A stretch of 64,000 nt of DNA, from positions 64,232,001 through 64,296,000 of the forward strand of contig OX597818.1 in the NCBI GenBank assembly GCA_951406725.2, in the 5' to 3' direction. The position numbers and the translations under genes were made by a program. Position 1 is the first letter of the stretch, and every line of letters starts with the position of its first letter. The notes below the pieces were generated by a model, which searched no databases, was not told the origin of the DNA, and was given only the letters and a program-made list of their open reading frames with translations. This stretch comes from Octopus vulgaris. Its lineage: Eukaryota. Below, piece after piece: positions 39,805-52,600 of this stretch.

Positions 39805-40490
39805 TCTATCTATATATATAAACGGCAAAATGTCTGTGTGTGTGTCCTTTATACAAATCCACAATTTTTCAGTTAGAGGGTCATAGTGCTAGTAAATAAA
39901 TAAATAGTGCTAGTAAATAAATACATACCGTACAAGAAGCTTATTGGGAATAACAATGGTATTGTCCACTGATATCTGAAAATGACCATCCCTTCTACAT
40001 AGCTACTTTCGACACACAGTTGCCATATCAATCGACATTCGGTGTTGACAGAGTGCAATTTGAATGTTAAATATTGTTTAAACACACCTTTTTTTTTATC
40101 TATTTCCTACAAATCTCTCCGGTTACTCATTTCGCAGTCAATTTTCGTTTGAAATTAAAGTAACTTGGGAAATCTTTTCAACAGATGATCATTTACCATT
40201 GCATTTCCCTTGATACCTTCGCGGAAAGTGTGCAATATTGCAATTCGGGGAAATATTTAATGCCTACAATTGATAGTACATCACCGGGAAACAGATTGGG
40301 GACCAATTAATTGAAGTTACATCTTTTCGGCTAATCCTACCATCGAAATGTTTTCAAAATAAAATCATTGGGCTTAAATGAGAAACTAAGAAAAATGTAA
40401 CGGATTTGTTTAAAAACTTCGAGTGTGTGTGTGATGATTAATGAGGGATAGTGATGTAAAAAATTTTGGAATATTTATATATATACTCTG
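39805..40490 (+). mobile_element. Possible non-autonomous Helitron-type element, 5' part
   Basis: Begins A|TCTATCTATATATATAAACGG followed by a GTCT/GTGT tract, a common Helitron-type start; no 3' hairpin or CTAG end found. Confidence 0.3.
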
Positions 40491-40499
40491 TTGTGTCTC

Positions 40500-40868
40500 T
40501 CTCTTTACTCTTTACTCTTTTACAACTCGACCCCTGGACTTATTCTTTTTGTAAACTCAGTGCATATTCTATCGGTCTCTTTTGCCGAACCGCAAAGTAA
40601 CGGGGACATAAACATACCAGCATCGGTTGTCAAGCAATGCTAGAGGGACAAACACAGACACACAAACACACACACGCATATATATATATATACATACATA
40701 TATACGACGGACTTCTTTTCAGTTTCCGTCTACCAAATCCACTCACAGGGCTTTGGTCGGCCCGAGGCTATAGTAGAAGACACTTGCCCAAGATGCCACG
40801 CAGTGGGACTGAACCCGGGACTATGTGGTTGCTAAACAAGCTACTTACCACACAGCCACTCCTGCGCC
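40500..40868 (-). mobile_element. Family-B SINE
   Basis: Near-identical to 59575-59999 with an internal deletion. Confidence 0.85.
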
Positions 40869-41052
40869 TGTCTGGGGAGAATCGTTTTTTTTTTTTTTTG
40901 GTGCCTTATAACTTGAAATTTCCACTTATTTCTTATTTTTATCTTCCTAAAATTTTCGTTGCGTCTTGCAACCTTTTGCAACACACGAACTCATATAAAG
41001 AATCTGGCAAACCAAATCCAAAGTATATATATATATACTATTAGTAATGATT

Positions 41053-41310
41053 TGGAGGCGCGTGGTTTAGTGGTTAGGGTATCAGCATCATGATCGTAAA
41101 ACTGTGATTTCGATTCCTGGACCGGGCGACGCGTTGTGTTCGTAAGCAAAACACTTCATTTCACGTTGCTCCAGTCCACTCAGGTAGCAAAAATGAGTAA
41201 CGCTGCGATGGACTGGCGTCACGTGCAGCTGGGGAAGACATACGCCATTGAAACCGGGAAACCGGGCCCATGAGCCAGGCTAGGCTTTAAAAGGGCGCAT
41301 TTATTTTATT
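41053..41310 (+). mobile_element. tRNA-derived SINE, family D
   Basis: GGAGGCGCGTGGTTTAGTGGTTAGGG...TTCGATTCC head; CTGCGATGGACTGG...GAAACCGGGAAACCGG 3' part similar to family C. Confidence 0.7.
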
Positions 41311-41394
41311 TTTATTAGTAACGATGAGTAATATAACAGAAACCACTCGATTCCGCATTAAAAATCCAGTTGAACTATATAATTTCATAAATTA

Positions 41395-41607
41395 AGGTGG
41401 CGAGCTGGCAGAAACGTTAGCATGTCGGGCGAAATACTTAGCAGTATTCTGTCTGTCTTTACGTTCTGAGTTCAAATCCCGATGAGGTCGACTTTGCCTT
41501 TCATCCTTTCGGGTTCGATAAATTAAGTACTAGTTGCGTACTGGTGCGATCAAGTCGACTGGCCTTCTCCCTCAAAATGTCGGGCATTATGCCTAGAGTA
41601 GAACAGA
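41395..41607 (+). mobile_element. Family-A SINE with 20-bp target-site duplication
   Basis: Flanked by AACTATATAATTTCATAAAT at 41373-41392 and 41608-41627. Confidence 0.9.
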
Positions 41608-42165
41608 AACTATATAATTTCATAAATATGAAACCTCGCGTTAACCTGAGAGCATTTCAACAGCGGAAAATTTTATTTGTCCTTGATTCCTTGCCGTTGC
41701 TATTACATAGGCGTTATTTGATTTTGGTCACTGCTATTAATTCTGGAAATCATGGTGGCTTCATTATGAATCTAAAATTCAGTCTATCCGCTTAAATCCT
41801 CGCATATAACTGACAGTAATGAATCAAAATTTTATCTTACATATAGATTGCAAAATTGAATTTAAATTTAAGAAAAATATTTTTCGAGATAACGTAACTC
41901 ATATATTCTTCTGTCATATAGATTTCCCCGACGACAAGCGTATTAAATGTAGCAGATCATTAAATCATAACTGACTTGAAGAATCGGCAATGGTAATGGA
42001 TCTTTCTTAGGAGAAATCTTCGCTAACACTGTGATTAAAGGGATTTGAAAAATGAGATGAGAGAAATCCAGAAATTTTTATACTTCAATATATTCACACA
42101 TACACACAAGTAACTATACGCATACTCACGCGCACACATACACGCACACACAAATACTCACAGCC

Positions 42166-42228
<63 letters not shown>

Positions 42229-42233
42229 GAGAG

Positions 42234-42294
<61 letters not shown>

Positions 42295-42833
42295 ATGCAT
42301 ATATATATATATTTATATATATAATATATTAGTTGTGAATATACATAAATTCATATTCCAAAGCTTATATCCAGAGATGAATTATTAGTAGAAAATGGGG
42401 AAACATTTATCACAAGAAATATACTCTCTTTTCAACGCTTCCTCCTCCGCTCTATCTTCCTCCGTTTTGTGGGTGTATGTGTGTGCGCGCGTGTGCGTTC
42501 CTTTGTGTGTGTATACACACACACACATGGAAAAGGAATGATTATTACTAGCATTCTTACATATGAAAAAATATATCAAACATATCAATTTGAAATTGTA
42601 TTGTATATGGACAAAACAATGCTAATGCTAGACTATGCTATACAATATCTAAAAATTGTAGTTTTTGGCAATTAATGATGTTCCAATCTGTTTTACTGTA
42701 AGGTCTTCAACGTCCAACTGTCGATAGTTCCAAGGAGCGTGTGTTAGTTTAAGGCAACCCGCAACTTGAATGCATCATCCAGTCCGTCGTGCTAAGACGA
42801 GAGAAAAATAAAAGAATGAAAGGAGATAGAAAA

Positions 42834-44094
42834 GGAAGGTGTAGCGAAAAGAAACTGAAATTTTGCAATATTATTTAATTCTCATGCTTTCAAATCCATC
42901 GCTTTCAAATTATTCTCCATTTGTAGTAATGCATTGGTCCAGACACGTTTTCCACTGTTCAAATTACTGCTGCAGATCTTGCGAAGCGATGCCTTTTAAA
43001 TTCACCGTTTGTCATTTCTTCACCTCTTCCACATCTGCAAAACGTTTTCATTTCAGAAAATTTTGTGTGCGGTGGAACAAAATAAAGTCGCAGAGACCAC
43101 GGTCGGAATAAAAGAAAATATGGGTAAACGGGGTCATGCCATTTTGGATCAAATATAGTCTTATACACAAGTCGGTGTGTGCAGGCGCATTGTCGTTATG
43201 AAACCGTCATTCTCCACTTTGGCACAAGTCGTTGCGTTTTCCTCTCGCAAAAGCTTCAAAGCTACCAAGTAAAATGTCTGGTTAATAGTTTAACCAGAAG
43301 GAACAAATTCTCTGTGGACAATTCCTTTCGCAGCGATGAAACAAACCAGTGTCGTCTTGACTTTGCTCTTCACTTGGCGCTCTTTTGGGATGCGTGGTAA
43401 CATTTATTGCTACCATTGACTTGATTTCTGCTTCGTTTCCGAGTCGTAGCCCTAGAAGCATATTTCGTCATCAGTGGTGACCTTCACTAAAATGTCCGGA
43501 TCAAATTCCTGCTATTCTTTTGGTTCCCGACACATACTCAATCACATACTCTTCAGTGAGTAAGCATTGCACAAATTTTGCTTCAACACTTCATTCACAA
43601 TTCCTCGTTAAAAATCCATTGGCAGTGTTTAAGGACATATCGGTCGTGTCGGCAAGTTCGTCTATTGTCGGATGAAGGTTCTCCACTATCATTTCACAAA
43701 TGTTCATGATGTTTTCATTCGTCCGGGAGGTCGACAGTAGCTCTGAACAGAGTTAGGTGTGAAGCTACAGGAGAACATCTGTAAAGCGTGTAAACCACTC
43801 ATAAATTTACATTTTGTTCGTAGAAGCGTCTCTGTAAGATGTTTGAAGACGTTGTTTCCCTGCAGAAAACAGAATTTCACGGAAGCAAGCTGTTCCTGCC
43901 ATTCACCCATCAATGAATAGAGGAGAAACACTGTCAAATGCACCTCTACGTAGCAGAACGACGCACCGCGTGGCTGTGACCTCACCTGCCGCAACCGAGG
44001 GATACAGTAAGTGGCGTCTAGCGCTGGAAGCCTGAACTACAAAGAGCTTGTCCCATGGAGAAGTTTTTCAGTTACTTTGGGGTACATTGTCGTA
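42834..44094 (-). mobile_element. Near full-length decayed mariner (DD34D-type) transposon
   Basis: Minus-strand VTTDDEICF*GYDSETKQ, RQVKSKVKTTLVCF..KGIVHREFVP, HNDNAPAHT, LCDFILF, KRFADVEEVK, FEQWK..LDQCITTNGE*FESD; degenerate TIRs. Confidence 0.85.
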
Positions 44095-44644
44095 TATCTA
44101 CAAACCGAAAACTTCACTGAATGCTTAAGACAGTGAATAACAGGAAGAATTAATGGAATATCCCAAAGAAGAAATCCAAACAATGGCATTATCAAGTAGG
44201 AGAAGTCACCATCACGATGCTATTAATAATACAAGTCAAAATTGAAAACACTCCTAAGTTTTAAAGTAAGATGTTTTACGAATTTCCAAGGGAGGTTCAT
44301 TTTGGAAAATCTTTTGAAATATAAATGTGCGGGATATAAAACGAAGGGAATTTCTAAAAGCGGAATAATACAAATTCGCCCTACTCAAGAAAATGTGCCT
44401 ACATCTTTACGATGCATACGCATACAAAATAGCATGAACGGCAGAAATGCAGGTTCCGGTACCGATCTGATATAATTACTGTTATATAGTATTTAACATT
44501 AAACTGATGTCTCACAGGGTTGCTTTCCGTATATTTTAATCTTTGATACTTGGTTGTTAATTATCGTATTCTACACCCAATTACAAATCTCAAAACCCTA
44601 GCTGTCCCGTACAGTTATTATCAATATTATTTATTAATATTATT

Positions 44645-45172
44645 GCGTGAGGGAGAAGCGCATGCTATCAAATTAACACTGGGATATAAAAAAAGAAACG
44701 AAGGCCAGTACACCCATCATGTCTACCTGTCTGATAAGGGCACACCAGGCACATGCATCACAACCATATGTGCGCAAAATGATGATCTCATAGGAAGATA
44801 AACTGTGCATGACCTTACATGTGTGGCCCAGTTAAAATTTGTTTCAGGTCGAGTAGCCGATCCCGCTCAAAATGTTCCTGAGTAAGTGTTGTTTAAAGAT
44901 GTTGAGTGAAACACCCATGTTTCCAAAGATGAATCATCCAAACCCCAAATAGTCCCTCTCAACACATGGCTATGATGTTCCCCCACTACTTCTGCTCGTG
45001 AGCCACCAAGGGAGAGTCTCAACTGGTTAAGGTCAAACCACTGACAAGCAAATCTGTGGTATTGAGCAGAATATTTGCTGTAGCCCATGTTTTAAACCAA
45101 AGCAAAACAATGCACATGATAACACTTCCAATCAGTTGAGATAAAAAATAAACATGAGTACTGCATCATGAC
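44645..45172. repeat. Unclassified interspersed repeat bounded by ATT/TAA tracts
   Basis: Block of about 530 bp, richer in GC than its flanks, sharply bounded by (ATT)n-like tracts; single copy here, so repeat status is inference. Confidence 0.4.
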
Positions 45173-45229
45173 ATTTTATTATTATTATTAATATTATTAT
45201 TATTATCATTTATTTATTTATTTATTTAT

Positions 45230-45458
45230 TCATTTATTGACCACATGTGGCTAAACAGAGGAAACACACAAGGAAATACAAAGGGATTAAGTCGATTACA
45301 CCAACCCCAATGCGTAGCTGGTACTTATTTAATCGACCCCCGAAAGGATGAAAGGCAAAGTCAACCTAAGGCGGAATTTGAACTCAGAACGTAACGGTAC
45401 ACGAAGTAACGCTAAGCATTTCGCCCGGCGCACCAACGTTTCTGCCCGCTCACCGCCA
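45230..45458 (-). mobile_element. Family-A SINE
   Basis: Reverse-complement copy followed by (TTG)n/(TTA)n. Confidence 0.8.
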
Positions 45459-45499
45459 TGTTGTTGTTGTTATTATTATTGTTGTTATTGTTGTTATTA

Positions 45500-45537
<38 letters not shown>

Positions 45538-46488
45538 GATATCGTGTTTTTATTACTGTTAATATGTGAAAGAACTCATTTCCCACATGCTCTTCAATAT
45601 TTAATGCTGTAACAGCAACAGCTTCTCTGTTTTAGCCAACAGACGGGAAGTGCTATCACACTGTCACAGACATTTGTATAAGTCGACTGTCATTATTCAA
45701 CTGCTTGGCGCAATTTATTTTCCTTCCTTGTCACAAGACAGTATTTCGTCTGCTTTGCAGACGTTAAAAAATGTATGATACATTACACGTTTGCTTTGTC
45801 AATGTTGTCTCTCTTCTCTTCGCTTGTCTGAAAGAATAGAACGTTTACTGTACATAAAATTTCTCTTACATTTAGTAATATATTTTGGTCATGCGATTTA
45901 CCCTTCCAGTCCAAATATAACAAATACCTATCTTTTAGTACATAGTCATTCTTTTTACGTAACTAGCGTTCAGGTTACTATTGTCACCATACTTATCGTG
46001 TATATAATGTTGGATTTATTATCATGTCAAATCCCTTAGAATTTGTCATTCATAACGGAGCGTTGGTCAGTAAGAATTGCAGTGAGCTGTGTGATATGAA
46101 ATGATAGTCAAACCTAAAAAGAATGTTTTAACGTAATGGGGTGATATATTTTTGAAATAGCGTTTCGTCTGTCTTGAAACGACTATTACGTTCAATGTAA
46201 ATGTGTCAAATAATTACGTTACTCCAAACATATTTCTTACACAAGCAGAGATAATACATATGAATCATGTAGCGGTGATTGTGGTCGAATTTCAGACGAG
46301 AGATATCAATAAAATATGCACCCGCGGTACAGAAGCACTGGGGACAGGATCTGTTGCAAATAAACAATTATTCCAGACAAAGAAATATAGATGAGACTAA
46401 ATAGTTAGTCGTCATACCAAGATAGCAGGAAGAATAATGTTATTGCAACGTCAAGTTCCAATGAAAATCTACAATAATTTAAAATCGT

Positions 46489-46562
<74 letters not shown>

Positions 46563-47139
46563 GACACACACACATATATATATGTATTTATCTGAATATA
46601 TTTATAAATATCTAATTGTCTAAGTATACAAATGCTTATATGCCTGTGTGTGTGTAATTTTTATACATAGTGGCATACGTTTATAAGTATGCATATGTAC
46701 ATGTGTACATATATATGCATACACAAAGGTCTATATTTAAGAATAAATATGACCCATCCAGTTTAGGTAGGTAAGTGTATAGTATATAAATTGATATAAC
46801 CAACTTTTTAAACATAGTGCAAATTTCTGCAATGTGCTCATAGATTGTCTGAATTTAAAGTGCAGCTGATCAATAACCTCCTGAAATATGCATCTACACC
46901 TATTAACTATTTCTTATATCTTCGATCGCATTGTCCGACTAGGTGTATTAGTGTAGTTCTTTACAAAATGTCGCAACATACGTTGCTGTCACTGAATTCC
47001 ATTTAAAAAAGTGCGTTGAGATAGGATGAATATGCATAAATTTGTCTATGTGCGTCCGTATAGGTTTGTATCCATCTGTGTATCACTCTATTTTTCTGGC
47101 TTTCTATATCTAATCTATGCATGCCTCCCTCTCAAGCTC

Positions 47140-47285
47140 TCAGCATATCTATATGTATTAGAATTTTTTGCGTAATGAGATAAAAAAAATAAGGCTATAT
47201 AAATACTGGAGCCTGCTCTAATATCTATACAGCGTTGGGTTTTTTTTATCTCATTACGAAAAAACTTCATATATACACATGCTGA
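47140..47285. repeat. Imperfect long inverted repeat (MITE-like hairpin)
   Basis: TCAGCAT...TTTTTTGCGTAATGAGATAAAAAAAA pairs with TTTTTTTTATCTCATTACGAAAAAA...ATGCTGA. Confidence 0.75.
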
Positions 47286-47412
47286 CATAAAACCAACGTT
47301 GAACCCTTTATTCGCAATATTACCGAATCTGGAACTTAAATATGGTCTGTCTATAGCACATATTCAGCATTACCTGACACCTTTGGGTCTCAATGACACC
47401 ATTATCTCCCTC

Positions 47413-47499
<87 letters not shown>

Positions 47500-47629
47500 A
47501 CGGTTTCGGTTTGTTCTGCCCTTGATTTATCCACGCAGCACTATACACAATTTGTTAACTTTGTAAAAAGGACAACCCTTGACTATTATGTACATAAGAG
47601 TCAAGGGGTAGACTTTTTTCTTTATTCCT

Positions 47630-48560
47630 ACCTCATCCCTGCCTCTCTCTTTTCTCCCTTTCTCTCTCCATCTTATCTTTCAATCTCGTGCTATCCTTCC
47701 TCACTTACCTCCCTTTTACCTTCTCTCTCTCTCTCCTCTTCATCCCCTCCCCTCATTATTTCGTCCTTCTGAGTTTTTTCCCTTCTCTCGTATTCCTTAA
47801 TCCCTCTGCCCTCTTCAACTCCTCCCTTACCACGTGATCGCTGTCTGGTTCCGGTATTGTACTTTTTTCGGCCGGCCACCGTTCAGATCAGAGGTATATG
47901 TTCTGTCTTGCCGTCCGGTCAGTTCAGATTTTTTACCATTTTACTTGCGCTAGCTTACTACACTCGTCTGAGAGCCGAAAGATCCCGAAATGGCGGTAGT
48001 TTCTGGTTTGTGGGGGGAGATAAAGAAAAGGGTAGTAGGTAGGGATGTCAGTGACAGGAGAGAGGGAAACCTGGCGGAGGGATAGGTTTTATCAAAAGAG
48101 AGAGAATGAATGAGTGTAGCAGCGTGGAGTGGGACGAGATAGGAATAATCGGGACCAAGTGTTTGGTGCGAGGATTTAGGCCATGGAGAAGCCGGTTGGC
48201 CTGTAGCATTAGACGGAGGACTAAATGGGCATAGATAGTGGTGCGGCAGGAAAAGTAGATAGAATAGGCAAGAGGGAGCAGTCGGTGAAGAGAGATTATT
48301 TTGAAGTGTTTAGAGAAAAAGGCAGCAAACATAATGCAGAGGATGAGTTGGAAGAACAAGGGCGAATGAGAAGTATGGTGGATGTGGAGTCGGTAGCCTA
48401 TGGGGATGAGGTTGATGTGAAGGGGTGTGAAGGAAGTATGGCTAGAACAAATAGTTTCGTTTTCAAGAGGTGTAGGGCAATGCTGAGATACAGCTGGTGG
48501 AGGCAAGTAGCAGGTTTGGTGAGGAAATATCTAAGAGATTGTGGTAGCTTGAAGAGAACA
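47630..48560. mobile_element. Probable PLE remnant: pyrimidine-rich terminal piece (+, to about 48005) joined to an inverted Neptune-like ORF N-terminus (-, about 48010-48560)
   Basis: Composition flips from C/T-rich to G/A-rich near 48005; minus strand ALHLLKTKL / SHTSF..LHINLIPIGYRLH resembles the PLE N-terminal H..FL..C...LIP.G motif. Confidence 0.45.
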
Positions 48561-49424
48561 GAACAGTCATATGTGAAACAAAATAGAAAGAAGGAAATGG
48601 GGTGTCGTAAGCATGAAACCGTATACATATGTGCATGTATAAGTGTGTCTATGTGCATATGTGTGCATGTGTGTCGTTCATTTGTGATATTAGTGACTGA
48701 AATCTTTAAGAGGTAGATTTCCAATCTCCATAGGTAACATCTGGATTCCTCCATTCCTACAGAAGCATCTCATAAACACTTTGAAAAGTATGGAAACACT
48801 TCAGTAGGTCTCTCATTAGAAATCAGCTGAAAACTATTGTTTTCAATTTATTAACCTACAATTTATTAACATACATCTTGAGTTTTATGTCATATTTGCA
48901 TATCTCGATATGCGCACCATATGGCGGGAAACAAATCAAGCGAACGTTACCATTCACCGTGACTATTATTCTCTTCTAACTGGAATGAATTAATCAATAA
49001 ATCAATGTTAACAATTTAATTAGATAAGTTAAGTAATTTTGTGTCGCTTTTAGTTTACTTGGCGCAAGCGAATGTCAATGCCTGAGATTTAATGAAACGT
49101 ACTTAATGATTTGAACTGTTGCTGAAATCGAATAAATCACATGTCCCTGCAGTGTCTGAAAGAATAAAGTCATGTTATGAGCAAATATTTAAGAATGATT
49201 TAAGTTGCGTTAAACTCTTCTATCGTAGTAAGTAAATCCGGTACAGTTGTTTGTTGTAGAAAAGTAGATCTTACATTGCAATTCGTTAAAATATTTTCGG
49301 AAATAAAATAAAGCAATGGCAATCAGTGTAAAAGTGTGAAGCTGTATCACACAAAGGCTTGTATTGTCGTTGTTTCTATTATAAAACTCACTTCACTCAT
49401 CGAGTAGGTATTATATTAACAGAA

Positions 49425-49652
49425 GGCGGCGAGCTGGCAGAAACGTTAGCATGCCAGGCGAAATGATTAGAGATATTTCGTCTTGTTAATTGTGAGTCCA
49501 AATTCCGCTGAGGTCGACTTTGTCTTCCGTCCTTTCGGGGTGGATAAATTATGTACCAGTTACGCACTGGGGTCGATGTAATCGAGTTAATATCTTTGTC
49601 TGTCCTTGTTTGTCCCCTCTATGTTTAGCCCCTTGTGGGTAATAAAGAAAAA
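49425..49652 (+). mobile_element. Family-A SINE with imperfect TSD
   Basis: Full copy flanked by TATTATATTAACAG and TATTATATTTACAG. Confidence 0.85.
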
Positions 49653-52600
49653 GATATTATATTTACAGCTATAAAAAATTATGCAAATGCATCAAATATA
49701 TTACTAGAGTTCCCGCAGACGGCAAGTGCCTTTAGTGTGGAATAACTAATCACTTTTTCTAGCCGTACTACATAGCCCGCTGTATATATTAACACATTAA
49801 TAATTTTATATGCAGAGTTATAAATAATAACTGCTGCAATTCATATATATATATATATATATAGATATATATATGCATTTAATCCATCCTCGTTGATATG
49901 AATACCATACTCTTTTGTATATCGGTTACTAGTTTGTTCATGTCGCATTAAATTGCAGTTATACCTACGATATCTGACTAAATATTGGAAGGGGTGTACG
50001 CTCAAAACCTTTACCTATGATTCTATGAATGAAATCTTCTGATCCATTTCAGATACGGAGAAGTATGTAGAATTATCCCGCAAAGATATAATATAGAGCT
50101 AAGGTTAGGAAATCCTGATTGCAAATATCTAACGATATTTACAGCCAATTCTATTAGTTATATGATGAGCAATGTATAAGCATATTTTATCAATTTAACT
50201 TTATTGATTATGTAAGCTGCAAATTCATTTCAACAGTCATTCAGCTGGCGTGAGACATAGTATAAATATATTATTCTGTCGATCACACCGTGCGCTAGTC
50301 ACATTATATTTCTGATACTACATTGTGTGTCTAATGCATATTTACTATTTACCAACAGCTGAAATAATTCTCTTAATTGACTTACGTTTATTATTCTTCC
50401 AAACATTGAAAGATGTGCTTGAGTGTGTCTGTTTATGTATGTATGCATGAATGTGAGTGTATGTATGGATATATGCATGCATTTAACTGAGAATTACGCT
50501 ACTTATATTATATTGTCCCATGTAAACATTTCTGGAAACACCAGTTGTTATTTTTCTAAATAAAGCTAATATTATCTTCAGTAAAGTTATGGTTGTATAA
50601 ATTACTGCAAATTTAATACAATAATGCAAATGGAGTCGTATATAAGAGCAATTTAAAACATTTCAAAACAGCCTAGGCAGTAACAAAGCGTAGCACTCTA
50701 AAGTATTCTCAATGAAAGGAAAAGAAAACATTGCGATTCTTAATATTTCTCATAATTTCATGAAAAACTGCTATATATAGTTCGAAATAAATCGTGTGAA
50801 GAGAAATTAGACACTGGCATATCATGGTACTGTCTAATTTACAATACGTTAACGAATTGCTCATAAATTCAGGAATGCTTTGTTTCATAATTGGATATTT
50901 CACAACATATTTATAGCATTGCCAGACAATAAAAGTTATTTCAGGTTTATATATGATAATAAACAGAACTCATTATTTCTCTATTATGATTTCGAATGTT
51001 ACAGAACTGTGCTATGTCTTTTATATCCTTCGCAAAACTACCGTTCTTGTCTCTCATTTCACAGTTACTTCATTTGTGATTTGGTGTAATACACTCCATG
51101 CAGCTTCCCTTAAATAAAGGGAATACTTGTAAGTTAATTCTCATTTCAATTCCTTATTTATCTTCTCCAAATATCAGTAATTAACATCGTATTCGTATAA
51201 ATGATATATTTGTCTTACTCTATCAAAATGCTATTTTTAAAAATAAAGTAATCTTGACTATTATACTACTCACAATTAAACCGTTAAAAACTATAGAAAA
51301 TATTTTAAAGAAATGGTGACGAGTTTATGATTATCAGTGTCGTATTTAAAATTGATTTTCTTAAAACTCAACAAAATACAAGAGTTCATATATACTGAAA
51401 TTGGACTCAATTCTGCAGGAGAAAAAAATCAATCATGGATGTGAATTTCAAGTTTCGCTCACATCCTCCGTTCAAACTCTTAGAGTTCAAACTGCTGTCC
51501 AGAGCCTAGTGTCAGAGTTGCAATATATTTCAGTATGATAATATACCGCAATATTAGTGATCTTAATACTCGTCTGAATCTTCTAATATCATCATAGTGG
51601 TGGATTTTAATATCTCTTAGATTAAGAAAATATGACTCTATTATTTGCACATGAATCGATAGTCTTGTACTAATATGTTTTCAGTTAAGGATTTCTCTTT
51701 TATTTCAATGTTACTTTATAATTTTAAAATATGCTTACTTCCTAAACCTTATACACTGGCATTGCCGTTTTGTGTGGAGCCAATATGTACCCCACAATAC
51801 TCAGATAATTAAACGTAAGCCAGTTTAAGAAGTTTCTGGAGAGGTGTTACGAATTTTCCTTCCTTTAAGCTGATAGATTCAATTCTATTAGAAATTTCAG
51901 ATATAAATAAATCAACACGGATTTGTGAAATGATATTTGAAGCATATCAAGGATTAAAACCTTCTTAACTCGAAAGACAGGTTCCATTTAATCTCTTTTG
52001 ATCCTTTATGTGTAAATTCCATTTTGTTGATTTCAAGGCAATATTAAGTATGGCGTTCGACTAAAATTGCTGTGACAGTTAAATAATGGAATCGTATATA
52101 TGGACATATATGCCAAAAGGTGTAGTATTTTTGAATTCATTTTCAATTCTATCCATAGACAATCTGCATCCTTTGTGAGAGGATACTGGGTTAATATCTA
52201 TAGTGCTTTTTTGTGAAAGATGAAACAATGTTGTTCAGAAATGGCGTCTACGATGTTTATTATATATGTACTCATTCATTTGATATTTCTCTTTACGTGG
52301 GTGAGCTTGTGCTAGTACGCAAGGCGAAAGAATATGAGGGGGGGGGAACTGAGCTTCAATGTGATTTGAGTGAGAAGAGGGTGATGGCTATACTTAGGCA
52401 CATTTGAGTACGTAACACTATTTGGCATCCAGATATTCATATTCAAATTGACGATAACAATTGCATATTTGCAATAATAGCATAACATTGATTAACATAT
52501 GATGAATAATGAAGATGAGTATCATTATGCCGTCCTTGCAATCGTCTCTCATGGTGAAATTGATATTAATTTAAATGTTGATTAACTAGTAATGTATACG

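Noticed and set aside
40637-41044. Near-identical ORFs at 40637 and 59771 (SFRLPNPLT...GTEPGTMW)
   Set aside because: Antisense read-through of family-B SINEs.
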